From a virus, in IMG/VR virus record IMGVR_UViG_3300005831_000020, positions 1-58,202 of that record: DNA of 58,202 bases; one strand, given 5' to 3'. The notes beneath the pieces were generated by a model. The model ran no database searches and was not told the DNA's origin. It was given only the letters and a program-made list of their open reading frames with translations. The position numbers and the translations under genes were made by a program. How positions within the stretch are numbered: the stretch's first letter is position 1; every line of letters starts with the position of its first letter. Below, piece by piece: positions 1-8,922 of this stretch.

Positions 1-120
1 GCGTATTGCTCTGCTAGCATTTCGGCCACGCCGTAAATAAGAGGCATATAAAAATACGAGGGAATATCAATACCTTGCGTGTAACTTTCTAGAGTTTCTA
101 TACTGCTTTGACCGCTATAC
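1..120. repeat. Terminal direct repeat, left copy (identical to 58083..58202); circular closure or terminal redundancy
   Basis: Base-by-base comparison by eye: all 120 nt match the last 120 nt of the window. Confidence 0.95.
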
Positions 121-962
121 ATGATCAAATTATACATTGGAGCAGCAGTCTGCCATATATACAGGGATGGAGTACGCTGGTAGTCAACATAGTAAATAGT
201 AGGTCTACCGATTTGCGATTTATTGGGATAAGATAGATATTCATATCTGGATACCTCACTCATGATGGTATCCTGGCTTATACTATTAAAATAAAGTTCT
301 TCAATATCAAGTGTGTATCCCCCTGTTTCTTTAATTCTATATGCTCTTGCATAAATTGGATCAGGTACATAAAACCATGAAATCACGTGTGCTTTATATG
401 GATAAAGGGCAGGACAAGTAAAAACAGTAAACCAATTTATCGTATCTTGTGAGGCTTCTAAAACTAAGCTATATGGACGATTAGAAACATAACTTTGGAT
501 GCCGATAATGCTGATTTGCTTTGTAACTCCCGCTCCATAATCATAAGAAATATTGCCGTCTTGAACGTCTTGCCTACATCTTGTTGCCGGATTACCGTCA
601 AAAGCATAAGCAGCAATTCCTCCGCCGTTTCCATCATAAGTATTTGCCGTATTTGATTGCGGTGTTCCATTTAATTGTCTTACGTTGCCTCGCAAGAATA
701 CCTGAAATATTTTCTGTATATTACTTGGCAAAGGATAGGATGCTTGTCCCGGAGTTAAAAACACAGGTTCTAGTTTTAATGTCCATAAGTTGACGTTAGA
801 ATTAGTCCAATCACTTAAAATAAAATTGATAATATTAAGTGCCGAATTATATTGCTCGGCAGTAACCATGCTAAGCGGCATGCCGATTAATTCATAAGCT
901 TTTCTGATAATCAGCTCTCCTTTTATGTTGCTAAAGCTATAACTTCCACTAGTCGCCGGCAT
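1..962 (-). CDS. Virion structural protein (adaptor/tail-tubular-like) with an inserted discoidin (F5/8 type C)-like domain; 5' part of a gene that wraps the window ends
   Basis: ATG at 962. My hand translation is open to position 1 and continues from 58082 to a TAA at 57974 once the 120-nt overlap is collapsed (356 aa). The central segment AYAFDGNPATRC...ISYDYGAGV...IQSY...LEASQDTINWF...RAYRIKETGG...IEELYF looks discoidin-like. Flanks such as SRYEYLSYPNKSQIGRPTIYYVD resemble conserved podovirus structural proteins. Confidence 0.6.
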   Translation of the reverse strand, partial: MPATSGSYSFSNIKGELIIRKAYELIGMPLSMVTAEQYNSALNIINFILSDWTNSNVNLWTLKLEPVFLTPGQASYPLPSNIQKIFQVFLRGNVRQLNGTPQSNTANTYDGNGGGIAAYAFDGNPATRCRQDVQDGNISYDYGAGVTKQISIIGIQSYVSNRPYSLVLEASQDTINWFTVFTCPALYPYKAHVISWFYVPDPIYARAYRIKETGGYTLDIEELYFNSISQDTIMSEVSRYEYLSYPNKSQIGRPTIYYVDYQRTPSLYIWQTAAPMYNLIMYSGQSSIETLESYTQGIDIPSYFYMPLIYGVAEMLAEQY

Positions 963-1085
963 TTTTAATTTTCCCTTTATAATTGGATAGGATAAGAATT
1001 TGCTATATGAAGCACAACAAGCTTATTATGCTGTGCTTCTGCCTCTGCAAGTAATGTTTTAAATTCCTCTATCATACATATTACT

Positions 1086-2015
1086 TTAGGCTGCCGATCC
1101 TGTTGCTCCTATTACGCCAAGAGGCGTAAACATACCAAAAGAATAACGACCCGATGCCAGTACCGACATAGTCTCGGTTGTTGCATCGGTTGTTACGTTA
1201 ATTTTAAGCGGTCTCCGGACAAAATGCTTACGAGTACCTTTAACGTTAGTTAATCCAAACCAGTTGCTAGGGCTAGTTAAGAAGTGGCTTACTTCATAGC
1301 CGTTTGGAATAGCTTTCATGTTATAAATTGCATTTATATCGTTATTAGCCGTTCCTGTTCTAAAGACAGACTCAAGTAACCGGCAACCTGAGAACATTAA
1401 ATCTTGCGGAAGTAACAATCTATCAATTTGAGCATTGATTAGCAGTCCTGCCTGATCTTTCATTTTACCGGCAAGGATTACTGCCTGCTCAACTCCTGCT
1501 TCGCTAAAGTCAACGTTAACGTTAACGCCGTTATATGATCCGACGCGGTTGGAATAAACACCGCCGTCGTAAGGCTGAGAACCGGAGCAAAGAGGTTGCC
1601 CGTTAGCTAGAGTTGCTGCTACGTTAAATGCCTGGTTAAACGGATTCATCGCTACTACTTCTCTGGTTTGTTCATAGGAAGTAGTAAGTGATCTTGTGCC
1701 GTTAAAAAACTGATCGGCATAAAGATCGTCTTCCATGGCAATATTAGTAATCTGGAAACCGAGAGCAAACTCACGATGGATAAACTCATAGATAAAACGC
1801 TCCCCCATCGTATCCATGCTAATCGGCGCTCCTTGGCTTTTCTCAAGAGCGTATCCGGTTCCTCTAATATCAACCATTCTTTCCGTATGTTTTACGGAAT
1901 TAGATTGTTCGTAGATTTTGGCATATTCCCCTTTAAAGCGAGTATACTGGGATTTGACCTCGGCAAGTCCCGGCCAAAGCAGACTTGGAATATCACCGGT
2001 TGTTATAATAGACAT
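1086..2015 (-). CDS. Major capsid protein (HK97-fold type)
   Basis: 309-aa ORF downstream of TerL, portal and scaffold in the same operon. Size, position and overall sequence pattern fit a major capsid protein. No HMM was run. Confidence 0.7.
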   Translation of the reverse strand: MSIITTGDIPSLLWPGLAEVKSQYTRFKGEYAKIYEQSNSVKHTERMVDIRGTGYALEKSQGAPISMDTMGERFIYEFIHREFALGFQITNIAMEDDLYADQFFNGTRSLTTSYEQTREVVAMNPFNQAFNVAATLANGQPLCSGSQPYDGGVYSNRVGSYNGVNVNVDFSEAGVEQAVILAGKMKDQAGLLINAQIDRLLLPQDLMFSGCRLLESVFRTGTANNDINAIYNMKAIPNGYEVSHFLTSPSNWFGLTNVKGTRKHFVRRPLKINVTTDATTETMSVLASGRYSFGMFTPLGVIGATGSAA

Positions 2016-2017
2016 AA

Positions 2018-2146
2018 TTATTTACCTTTATTTTTAGTTTTCTTTACTGACCCTGCCTTATAACAGGTTTTTTTCTTCTTCTTTTTGGGTAGATATAATC
2101 CTTCCTTTAAAAGAGCCGGCATATTGCCGCTTGTTATTATGGACAT
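2018..2146 (-). CDS. Small, very basic ORF (42 aa) whose N-terminus duplicates the capsid protein N-terminus
   Basis: Hand translation gives MSIITSGNMPALLKEGLYLPKKKKKKTCYKAGSVKKTKNKGK. A GGAG lies 9 nt upstream. The first 13 aa compare with capsid MSIITTGDIPSLL. The ORF ends 2 nt before the capsid ATG. Confidence 0.4.
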   Translation of the reverse strand: MSIITSGNMPALLKEGLYLPKKKKKKTCYKAGSVKKTKNKGK

Positions 2147-2158
2147 AATCTTATACTC

Positions 2159-2944
2159 CTATGCTCCTGCTGTTGGACCTGCTACGCCGCTTGAGCCGTA
2201 TATATGCTTGTTAAACTTAACTAGTAGATTAGTAAACGGCATGTTTACACCCGGGACTAATCCTGTAGGATTTGCGTTGCCTGTAATGACCGGATCAATA
2301 CCGATAATTTTTACGTCTAGAGTATTGGTATTTGCAATGCTCGAGCCGTCAAGATAGTAAACAGAGCCGTATATATTACTACCCGTGCGTGGATTTTGAC
2401 CACCGGCGATAGCAATATCTGAAGTAAAAGTTATTCCTGCTACCGATAAACTACTATTTAGACCAACCTGGGTATTTAAAAACACTATCGAAGCATCAGC
2501 GTTTGCGATAGAGCTTGATACTTGAACTCTGAATACCGCCATTGGATCATCATTGACATATGCAATAATAGGCGATCCGGCTTTTACCGCTCTACCACCC
2601 GGCCAGTAATCAGATTCAACAAGTATACCGGTATTTGCATCAGTATAAGTACAGCTTATAAATACACCGATAAAAGCATCTGCCTCTGCCGTTGCAATAG
2701 CTTGTACCTCTGTTCCGTCAGTTTTTGCCGATAACTTTTGCGGGGCTATCGTTCCGCTCATTGCGGTAAGACCAGGGTTGCTGACAAATTTTACGGGATC
2801 ACCCTTAAAAATACTGTTTGGCTGCGTGGTTAAGCCGTCAGTAGATGCGTAAATAAAATATTGACCTAGTTTTTGTGTTCCGCCGTTTCCTATTTGAGAC
2901 TGAACTACTTCCAAACCATAAGGTCTATTAATGCCGTTAGACAT
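2159..2944 (-). CDS. Virion structural protein next to the capsid gene (possible decoration or second capsid protein)
   Basis: 261-aa ORF immediately upstream of the capsid gene in the late operon. No family recognised. Confidence 0.4.
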   Translation of the reverse strand: MSNGINRPYGLEVVQSQIGNGGTQKLGQYFIYASTDGLTTQPNSIFKGDPVKFVSNPGLTAMSGTIAPQKLSAKTDGTEVQAIATAEADAFIGVFISCTYTDANTGILVESDYWPGGRAVKAGSPIIAYVNDDPMAVFRVQVSSSIANADASIVFLNTQVGLNSSLSVAGITFTSDIAIAGGQNPRTGSNIYGSVYYLDGSSIANTNTLDVKIIGIDPVITGNANPTGLVPGVNMPFTNLLVKFNKHIYGSSGVAGPTAGA

Positions 2945-3020
2945 AATTTCCTCGTATATTGTTAATTATTAAAAAATGTAAATATTTTAAATTTAAAAAA
3001 GATAAGCTAATTCAAGCTCA

Positions 3021-3196
3021 GGAGACCTTTTAACGTCTAGTTATGACGATAAACTTTGATTCTAGATAAGTTTCAAAACTAGCCTTTTTGTGTCTTGCGA
3101 TGACAGAGGTAGCTTTTTTTTAGAAAAAGATTTAGCTACAAACTACGCCTTTTAACGTCTAGCAATGACGGAGACCTTTTTAAGCCCGGTCATGAC
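3021..3196. repeat. Four degenerate ~25-nt repeats, CCTTTT(T)-N9-10-ATGAC, each able to form a small hairpin
   Basis: Copies at 3021-3050, 3079-3106, 3143-3170 and 3170-3196. Stems are CGTC/GACG, TGTC/GACA, CGTC/GACG and GTC/GAC, so they change in a compensatory way. A separate AT-rich hairpin GTAGCT...AGCTAC lies at about 3109-3139. Confidence 0.6.
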
Positions 3197-3278
3197 TTTT
3201 TTTTACCTAATTATATTATAGCAAAAATACTGCTACTTTTGCAAATCGTACTACTATTTAGATTTGACAACTATCCCT

Positions 3279-4370
3279 TTAATTACCAAATACCACCACG
3301 GATACACCATCAAGTACGGGAAGCAAATTACCGAGCGTATCGGTTGCAAAAATAATGACCTCAGTAGCTGACCTCGACCTAAAGAACACCTGAAACGGTG
3401 CTATGACTTCCGCTCCTCGTGCGAGCGCCGTTAATACTAAATAATTACCATCAGGAAAAGGAGTAGCAAACGTTATAACATATGACCCTTGTGCTCCGCT
3501 AACCGATGCTATATTAAAGCTGCTCTCTATCTGAATATTATTACTTGGGGCATTATTATCATAAAAGAAACAATAAGCTTTAGCGGTAGCAGGATTTATA
3601 ATCTTCCCCGGTATGCTCATATTACCGATATTATCGATTTGGGTACCGTTTAAATTGATTACTCCATCATCTACAGTAGCAAGGTTAATATCCTCACTCC
3701 CGCTTGCCGTGGTAATCGTATTTACCGAGATTAACAGATTACCGACGTTAATGCTCGATAATTGGGATAGACTTTGAGCTAAATTAATAATTACGTCCCC
3801 ACTACCCCCGTCCCCGCTTTGAACGTCTATATTACTGCCGCCGCCTATTTTTCTGGTAACATATGAAAGCGGAGTATTACCGGTTATTACTAAAAATCCA
3901 TTCTGTACCTGAGTAGCTAGGTTATTTAAATTATTCAACGAATCGGCAACCTTAAAAATAATGTTACCGGTAGGAGGAGTAATGGTTGAATTTGTAATCT
4001 GGAGGCTATTATTCTGACTTTCCGTAGAAAAACTTACTATGCCGCTACTACCGCCTCCAAAAGGTATTACCTGCCATACTCCCGTGCTAGTTAGATTCTC
4101 GGTTAGATATATCAGTATTACTTCCCCGGGAATAATTACGTTAGTTAGCGGCGTTCCATCATTATATAAAAGGGTAAAGTCTTTTTGCCCGACATTATTA
4201 AACAATAGGCTTATGCCGGTTTCTACAGTATTACTTTGGGGAAGAGTAATCGTATAGATATCACTGCTAGATATAACATCATTAATATCGCTTGCAATCT
4301 CTCCTTCCGTTCTTGGATAAGCCCAGGATAGTTTAATATCGTTATTTAGTATGATTCTGGAATAGGACAT
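3279..4370 (-). CDS. Fibre-like structural protein (head fibre or tail-fibre-like)
   Basis: 363 aa, Gly/Ser/Asn/Thr-rich. GGGSSGIVS and GGSGDVIINL resemble modules in the 553-aa fibre protein. Lies between the scaffold and capsid genes. Confidence 0.45.
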   Translation of the reverse strand: MSYSRIILNNDIKLSWAYPRTEGEIASDINDVISSSDIYTITLPQSNTVETGISLLFNNVGQKDFTLLYNDGTPLTNVIIPGEVILIYLTENLTSTGVWQVIPFGGGSSGIVSFSTESQNNSLQITNSTITPPTGNIIFKVADSLNNLNNLATQVQNGFLVITGNTPLSYVTRKIGGGSNIDVQSGDGGSGDVIINLAQSLSQLSSINVGNLLISVNTITTASGSEDINLATVDDGVINLNGTQIDNIGNMSIPGKIINPATAKAYCFFYDNNAPSNNIQIESSFNIASVSGAQGSYVITFATPFPDGNYLVLTALARGAEVIAPFQVFFRSRSATEVIIFATDTLGNLLPVLDGVSVVVFGN

Positions 4371-4379
4371 CTACTTAAT

Positions 4380-4856
4380 TTATCCTCTAATATTTTTTTC
4401 AGAATAAGACTTATCAGAAAAAGGCATTAGCGGATTAAATACATCGGTCTTTACTCTCTGCAGAGTGTCTCTCATGATTCTAACGGACTTCTTCTCGTAA
4501 TATTCTCTCTCTTTTATTCCGTAACGTTCATCTCTTGCAAGTAAGATGGTATCGCCCGTAGTAATGCAGTCGTTTTCCGCTCTTAAGTCCCCCCTGTAAG
4601 TACGTTTGTTTTTAAGCCGATCGGGTGAGACGATATACCACTTTTGAGCAAGTAGTCTGTTAATACGATCAGGGCTATTGAGAGCAAAGTAATATTCTTC
4701 ATGCGGTTGCTTGATTTCATCTATTAAAGCCTTAAAAGGACAAGTCGAATCGGTCGGACGATAATCAAAATCATCCTGCTCCAGGTCATGCTCCCTAATA
4801 TCTCTATCGATAGACTTAAACTCGCTATGTCTATCCTGTTTATATTTTACTGCCAT
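4380..4856 (-). CDS. Hypothetical protein in the head module
   Basis: 158-aa ORF whose start abuts the scaffold gene stop. No motif recognised. Confidence 0.5.
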   Translation of the reverse strand: MAVKYKQDRHSEFKSIDRDIREHDLEQDDFDYRPTDSTCPFKALIDEIKQPHEEYYFALNSPDRINRLLAQKWYIVSPDRLKNKRTYRGDLRAENDCITTGDTILLARDERYGIKEREYYEKKSVRIMRDTLQRVKTDVFNPLMPFSDKSYSEKNIRG

Positions 4857-5833
4857 TATTTTAACCTCATTTCTTTTGGATATTGCGCTAGATGTTGTAA
4901 ATATTGTTCATCGGTCTGACCGAACGCCAGTGCCGCTCTTTTCTCGGCAGGTGTAAGTGTTCTTATACTCTTCTCGGGTTTTGGCTCGCTCTGTACTCTG
5001 CTTCGAACGGGGCCAAAATGTTTGGTGGGAATACCGGCAGGTGAACTATCCTGCATCTTTAGATTATCGATATACTCATCAATCATGCCGTAATAACTAC
5101 CGGAGCCGATTAAATGCCCCTTATTGGTCGTTTCATACTTACGGTCTAACTTCCTGATAAAGGATAATACTGACGCCGCTAGCTTCTCGTCATATTCGGG
5201 AGCGTTTTTATCTACCTCGGGATTATTATCAAGCCAGCTATATAATCTATCTTCATATTCTCTTGCCCTAATCTGATTAAGCTCTTCTTCAGAATATTTG
5301 TTTGGCGGGAAACTGGTTATTCTAGATGCCTCATTCAAGGCATGGGTCGCCTTTGAAATATCCGCAGTAGCTCTGCTAACCCCGGCAGCATCTCCGCTTT
5401 CCAGTGCTAATTGAAGCCGTGCCTGAGCCATTTCAAGTTCGCCGGCAACATTGTTCTTATAATGGGTAGAGCCGGTATTAATAGCTTGGCTGAGCATCTG
5501 CTCCATTTGTAGTTTTTCTTGCTGTAACTGCTCTAACTGCTCGGCAAGCCTTGTCTTCTCTTCCCGTTCTTTTTTTAATTTAGACCAGTATTTCTCCTTA
5601 TCTTTTTCAGGCGTAGAAGTTTTAATGGGTTTTTCCTCCAGTTTTGGAGTATTCTCGGGAATATCGCTTTTATCATCCTCGCCTTCTAAGCCCTGCGACC
5701 CTTGCTCCAAGTCTTTAGTTTTGACTTCTGCCTCGCTGGCTTCTTCCTTTGAATCTTTATTTTCAGTTGCTTCTTTTAAAGGTGGAATAGCAGCATTTAA
5801 GTCGCTTGTATTTTCAATATCTATTTTAAACAT
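4856..5833 (-). CDS. Scaffolding protein (candidate)
   Basis: Acidic, coiled-coil-rich protein between portal and capsid. I prefer the ATG at 5833 (MFKIDIEN), which has AAGG 8 nt upstream, over the track start at 5866. Confidence 0.5.
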   Translation of the reverse strand: MFKIDIENTSDLNAAIPPLKEATENKDSKEEASEAEVKTKDLEQGSQGLEGEDDKSDIPENTPKLEEKPIKTSTPEKDKEKYWSKLKKEREEKTRLAEQLEQLQQEKLQMEQMLSQAINTGSTHYKNNVAGELEMAQARLQLALESGDAAGVSRATADISKATHALNEASRITSFPPNKYSEEELNQIRAREYEDRLYSWLDNNPEVDKNAPEYDEKLAASVLSFIRKLDRKYETTNKGHLIGSGSYYGMIDEYIDNLKMQDSSPAGIPTKHFGPVRSRVQSEPKPEKSIRTLTPAEKRAALAFGQTDEQYLQHLAQYPKEMRLK

Positions 5834-5837
5834 ATTC

Positions 5838-6251
5838 TTACCTTGATACTTTTGATGGATTATCAACTAGTAGCTTGATTTTAAAATCCTCTACCATAAT
5901 GATCGGCTCACCCTCATATTTTGACTGCAAAGACGAGCCTCTAGGGAATATGACCCAATCCCCCTCTCGAGCATAAGGACCGCTTGGAAACTGATCACCC
6001 TTATAACTATCAGGACCGAGCTTTAATACCATCCCGACCATCGAGTTGTATTCCAGGTCATCCTCTATGCTACTCGGCGGTTTTATAATTCCGCCTCTTG
6101 TAACTTCTTCCACAGGCGGTTTGTAAATAAGTATCAAGACATTAATTCCGGTAACGGATACTTCCTTGAACTTTTCAATCATTACCTCCTTATTAAAAGC
6201 TTGCAGATCAATACCCTCCGTTTTAAAATCCTGTGATTTATAGTTAATCAT
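5838..6251 (-). CDS. GroES/Gp31-like co-chaperonin
   Basis: The pattern VLILIYKPPVEEVTRGGIIKPPSS...GMVLKLGP...EGDWVIFPRG...IIMVEDFKI matches the GroES layout: mobile-loop T-x-GGI, then G-x-V-x-x-x-G, then GD-x-V-x-F. Confidence 0.6.
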   Translation of the reverse strand: MINYKSQDFKTEGIDLQAFNKEVMIEKFKEVSVTGINVLILIYKPPVEEVTRGGIIKPPSSIEDDLEYNSMVGMVLKLGPDSYKGDQFPSGPYAREGDWVIFPRGSSLQSKYEGEPIIMVEDFKIKLLVDNPSKVSR

Positions 6252-6435
6252 CTTGTTCTACCTCAATTAAATATTCGTTAAATATCTCAAGGGCAGTTTC
6301 TAAGCCCTTAATAACGCCGATACAGTACTTGTACTCATGAAGTGAGTTAATAGACGTAGGATCGATTAACGCCCCCGTCTGGGCATTAATCTCATCGCTA
6401 ATTAGCTTTACTAGATTACCTTTAGCCCCAAACAT
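6244..6435 (-). CDS. Hypothetical protein
   Basis: 63-aa ORF overlapping the start of the next gene. Operon context only. Confidence 0.4.
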   Translation of the reverse strand: MFGAKGNLVKLISDEINAQTGALIDPTSINSLHEYKYCIGVIKGLETALEIFNEYLIEVEQDD

Positions 6436-6436
6436 C

Positions 6437-6577
6437 CTACTTCTTCTCCTTAAGTGCCTTACCTTTTTGACTACAAACTCCTTTTCTGATCTTAGCTGCT
6501 CCTCCTGCTGCGTATTTTTCCGGTTGCCGACATTCTTTCATTTTTTTTAGTGCCAGTTCTCTTGTATGCCTATTCAT
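6437..6577 (-). CDS. Small basic protein (46 aa), translationally coupled to the portal gene
   Basis: Hand translation gives MNRHTRELALKKMKECRQPEKYAAGGAAKIRKGVCSQKGKALKEKK. Its ATG overlaps the portal stop (ATGAATAG). Confidence 0.35.
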   Translation of the reverse strand: MNRHTRELALKKMKECRQPEKYAAGGAAKIRKGVCSQKGKALKEKK

Positions 6578-8903
6578 AAATTACCTCTTCTTTTTTTGGT
6601 ATGGATAAAATTTGCGACCGTAGCGCTTCTACTTGAGCTTTTAACTCCGCTTCTTTTGCTTTGTATTCCAGCTTTAGTAATTCAAGCTCGTTTGCACGTG
6701 TTATTTCCTGCTCTTTGGTTAGTACGTCTATTACTTTTTCCTTCTCGTTTAACTGGAGTTTTAAAAGTTCAATTTGATATTTCTGCTCGGCAAGTTGTTG
6801 TTGCTGGTTAACTTTTAATTCAGCTAAATACTTCTCTTGTTCCAGTTTTTCCTTATCGAGCTCGATACTCATTTGAGTTTTATAGCCGTCAGCTTCAATA
6901 TTTAAGTGAGCTAGCCGTTCCTTTGACTCTACTTCAAGCCTCCTCTGCTCAATATCGGCAATCTGTACCTGCAGGGCAGGGTCTATAGGTTGCTGCTGCT
7001 CTCCCGTCTGCTCTGGCGGTACTTCAGGTAGCAGTATCTTATCAATGTCTTTAATACCGAGTCCCTGATAAACCTTTAAGTATACCTCGCGCATATTATG
7101 TAGCTCGGGATTACCGCTTGCTATTTTAAGCAGGCTCTCTGCTTTGATAATTCTTTGCGTCGAAGATTCAACGGACGGGTCGGAAGTCGGGATAATATTG
7201 ACCGCTTTGTCTTCTTGCCGGTAAAACATCCGATAAAAAAGCTGTAATTCTTCGCTAAAGCTACTATGAACGGTCCTCATTATTGCCGATTGCACCCTGT
7301 GCGATACCTCAAGTAACGCAATCGTAGTACCGACAGGCGTATTCTGGTTATTCTCAGCAAGCCCAGCTTCCGTTGTAGAGGCAAGCTCCTGCGTCTGCGC
7401 CGTTACCCTGTTTATATATTCAAGTAGGGCAGGAGCCGGTCCGTTTGCAGGTATCGGCATAATAGCATCTCTTAAGGGGAGATTACTTGTCGTAACCGTT
7501 ACTACCTCCCCCGGCTCTATCGTGATATCGTTATTTGTTGACTTCAAACCTTTAGCTTTGATAAAGGCAGGGCAATTCTGGAAAATAGCCGCATCAATTG
7601 CCATCTGCTGCATAATGGTTAGACTCTCGGAATTAGTCCCGAGAACCTGCGCAAGACCAAGACCGTAAATATCAAGACCGGGGAATAAATTATAATGAAC
7701 AAAGCAGTTGATCCTACTCTTGCTCTCATCTTCTTCCCGCCAATTCGGTACTACCGAGACAATCTTATTACTGATGCCGCAGCGTGTTATAACATACGGC
7801 AAAGGTATGGATACTTCCTCTTTATCGCTACTAGTAGTAAAAAACTCGTTTAAATCAAGATACTCATGCGTCTCATAAAAAGGAAAGCGTGAGGCAGTAG
7901 GTTCTGCCTGGATAACTCCGCTCTTATCCTCACCGCTACTACTATCACTAATATCGGCATTCTTCTCAAGGTAGCTAAGGTCAACTCTTGAGAATACCCC
8001 GCTCTGCATGTTAAAGAGTATTTCTCTCTTGGTTAAATGCCGAATATGAGTAAGCCGATTTGATTCGCTTATACTTGAGCAGTTATTATCAACTAGAAAA
8101 TCCTCAGGGATGATAAATCTGCTAACGGGCTTTGCCGTAATCGGGTCATAGTAGATCTTACGAAACACACACCCGTAAACTATCAGATAAAGTAAAAACC
8201 TATCATAATCAGGGTAAAACCCTTTATCCTCTGTTGTTAGATATTCGTTTAAAGCATCCCTAACTAGTCCGCCTTTTACTTCATAATTTTCTTCATTCTC
8301 ATTAACAGGGCGTAAATTAGGTGTTAGCGGGTCGATTTTAAATCCAACGGGTCCCGTGCTAGGTAACAACTCGGAGCGAAGCGTTGCCCAAAGCCGAAGC
8401 ACGCTCGTTGAAAATGTGGTATCAATCGTATCTACCCTGCTGTTTTTAGAACTCTTAGCAGAAGCTTTCTTCTTCTTTCCGCCTCCATCCTTAATACTAT
8501 CAATACTAAAACCGAGATACGGTTTTGCCTTTTCAATTATATCAAGCCATGGCGCGCGATTGGCTTTATCTTTTTCCGTAACGGTTTCTAAATAGGCAGC
8601 TAGTTTTTCTTTTGCGCTATCCGGTAGTTCATCTGCTATATTCGTATTAAAGCTACCAAGCTCTTTTGGAGATATTTCCCGGTCTACCTGCAGAAGAATA
8701 TTATCCTCTACGGCTTTAAGCCCGCCGTCCTCTAAGTCATACTCATTGCCTAAGTCATCGTTACCCGTGGTTTCTAAAATATCAGGCTCTATGGCAAAGC
8801 CTGCTTCCTCTCCCCTACTATCAAAGTCATTATCCTGGTAAGGAAAAGAGCTTAAATCCTCAAGTAGCTCTTTTTCCTTTTTGTTTTTTCTAGCTCTAGC
8901 CAT
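6570..8903 (-). CDS. Portal protein with a long C-terminal coiled-coil
   Basis: 777-aa ORF directly downstream of TerL. The last ~150 aa are an uninterrupted helical/coiled-coil sequence. Confidence 0.65.
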   Translation of the reverse strand: MARARKNKKEKELLEDLSSFPYQDNDFDSRGEEAGFAIEPDILETTGNDDLGNEYDLEDGGLKAVEDNILLQVDREISPKELGSFNTNIADELPDSAKEKLAAYLETVTEKDKANRAPWLDIIEKAKPYLGFSIDSIKDGGGKKKKASAKSSKNSRVDTIDTTFSTSVLRLWATLRSELLPSTGPVGFKIDPLTPNLRPVNENEENYEVKGGLVRDALNEYLTTEDKGFYPDYDRFLLYLIVYGCVFRKIYYDPITAKPVSRFIIPEDFLVDNNCSSISESNRLTHIRHLTKREILFNMQSGVFSRVDLSYLEKNADISDSSSGEDKSGVIQAEPTASRFPFYETHEYLDLNEFFTTSSDKEEVSIPLPYVITRCGISNKIVSVVPNWREEDESKSRINCFVHYNLFPGLDIYGLGLAQVLGTNSESLTIMQQMAIDAAIFQNCPAFIKAKGLKSTNNDITIEPGEVVTVTTSNLPLRDAIMPIPANGPAPALLEYINRVTAQTQELASTTEAGLAENNQNTPVGTTIALLEVSHRVQSAIMRTVHSSFSEELQLFYRMFYRQEDKAVNIIPTSDPSVESSTQRIIKAESLLKIASGNPELHNMREVYLKVYQGLGIKDIDKILLPEVPPEQTGEQQQPIDPALQVQIADIEQRRLEVESKERLAHLNIEADGYKTQMSIELDKEKLEQEKYLAELKVNQQQQLAEQKYQIELLKLQLNEKEKVIDVLTKEQEITRANELELLKLEYKAKEAELKAQVEALRSQILSIPKKEEVIYE

Positions 8904-8922
8904 TACAAATATTTAACCATAA

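Noticed and set aside
1-120. The 120-bp terminal repeats as attL/attR of an integrated prophage
   Set aside because: A single ORF reads continuously through the joined ends and no integrase is present. Circular closure or terminal redundancy explains the repeats better.
1655-2357. Short overlapping ORFs inside the capsid and 261-aa genes (1655..1873, 1776..2063, 2085..2357)
   Set aside because: They are alternative-frame or antisense ORFs within strong structural genes, with no independent support.
3021-3196. CRISPR array
   Set aside because: There are only four short, degenerate repeats with irregular spacing (one pair abuts), and no cas genes.
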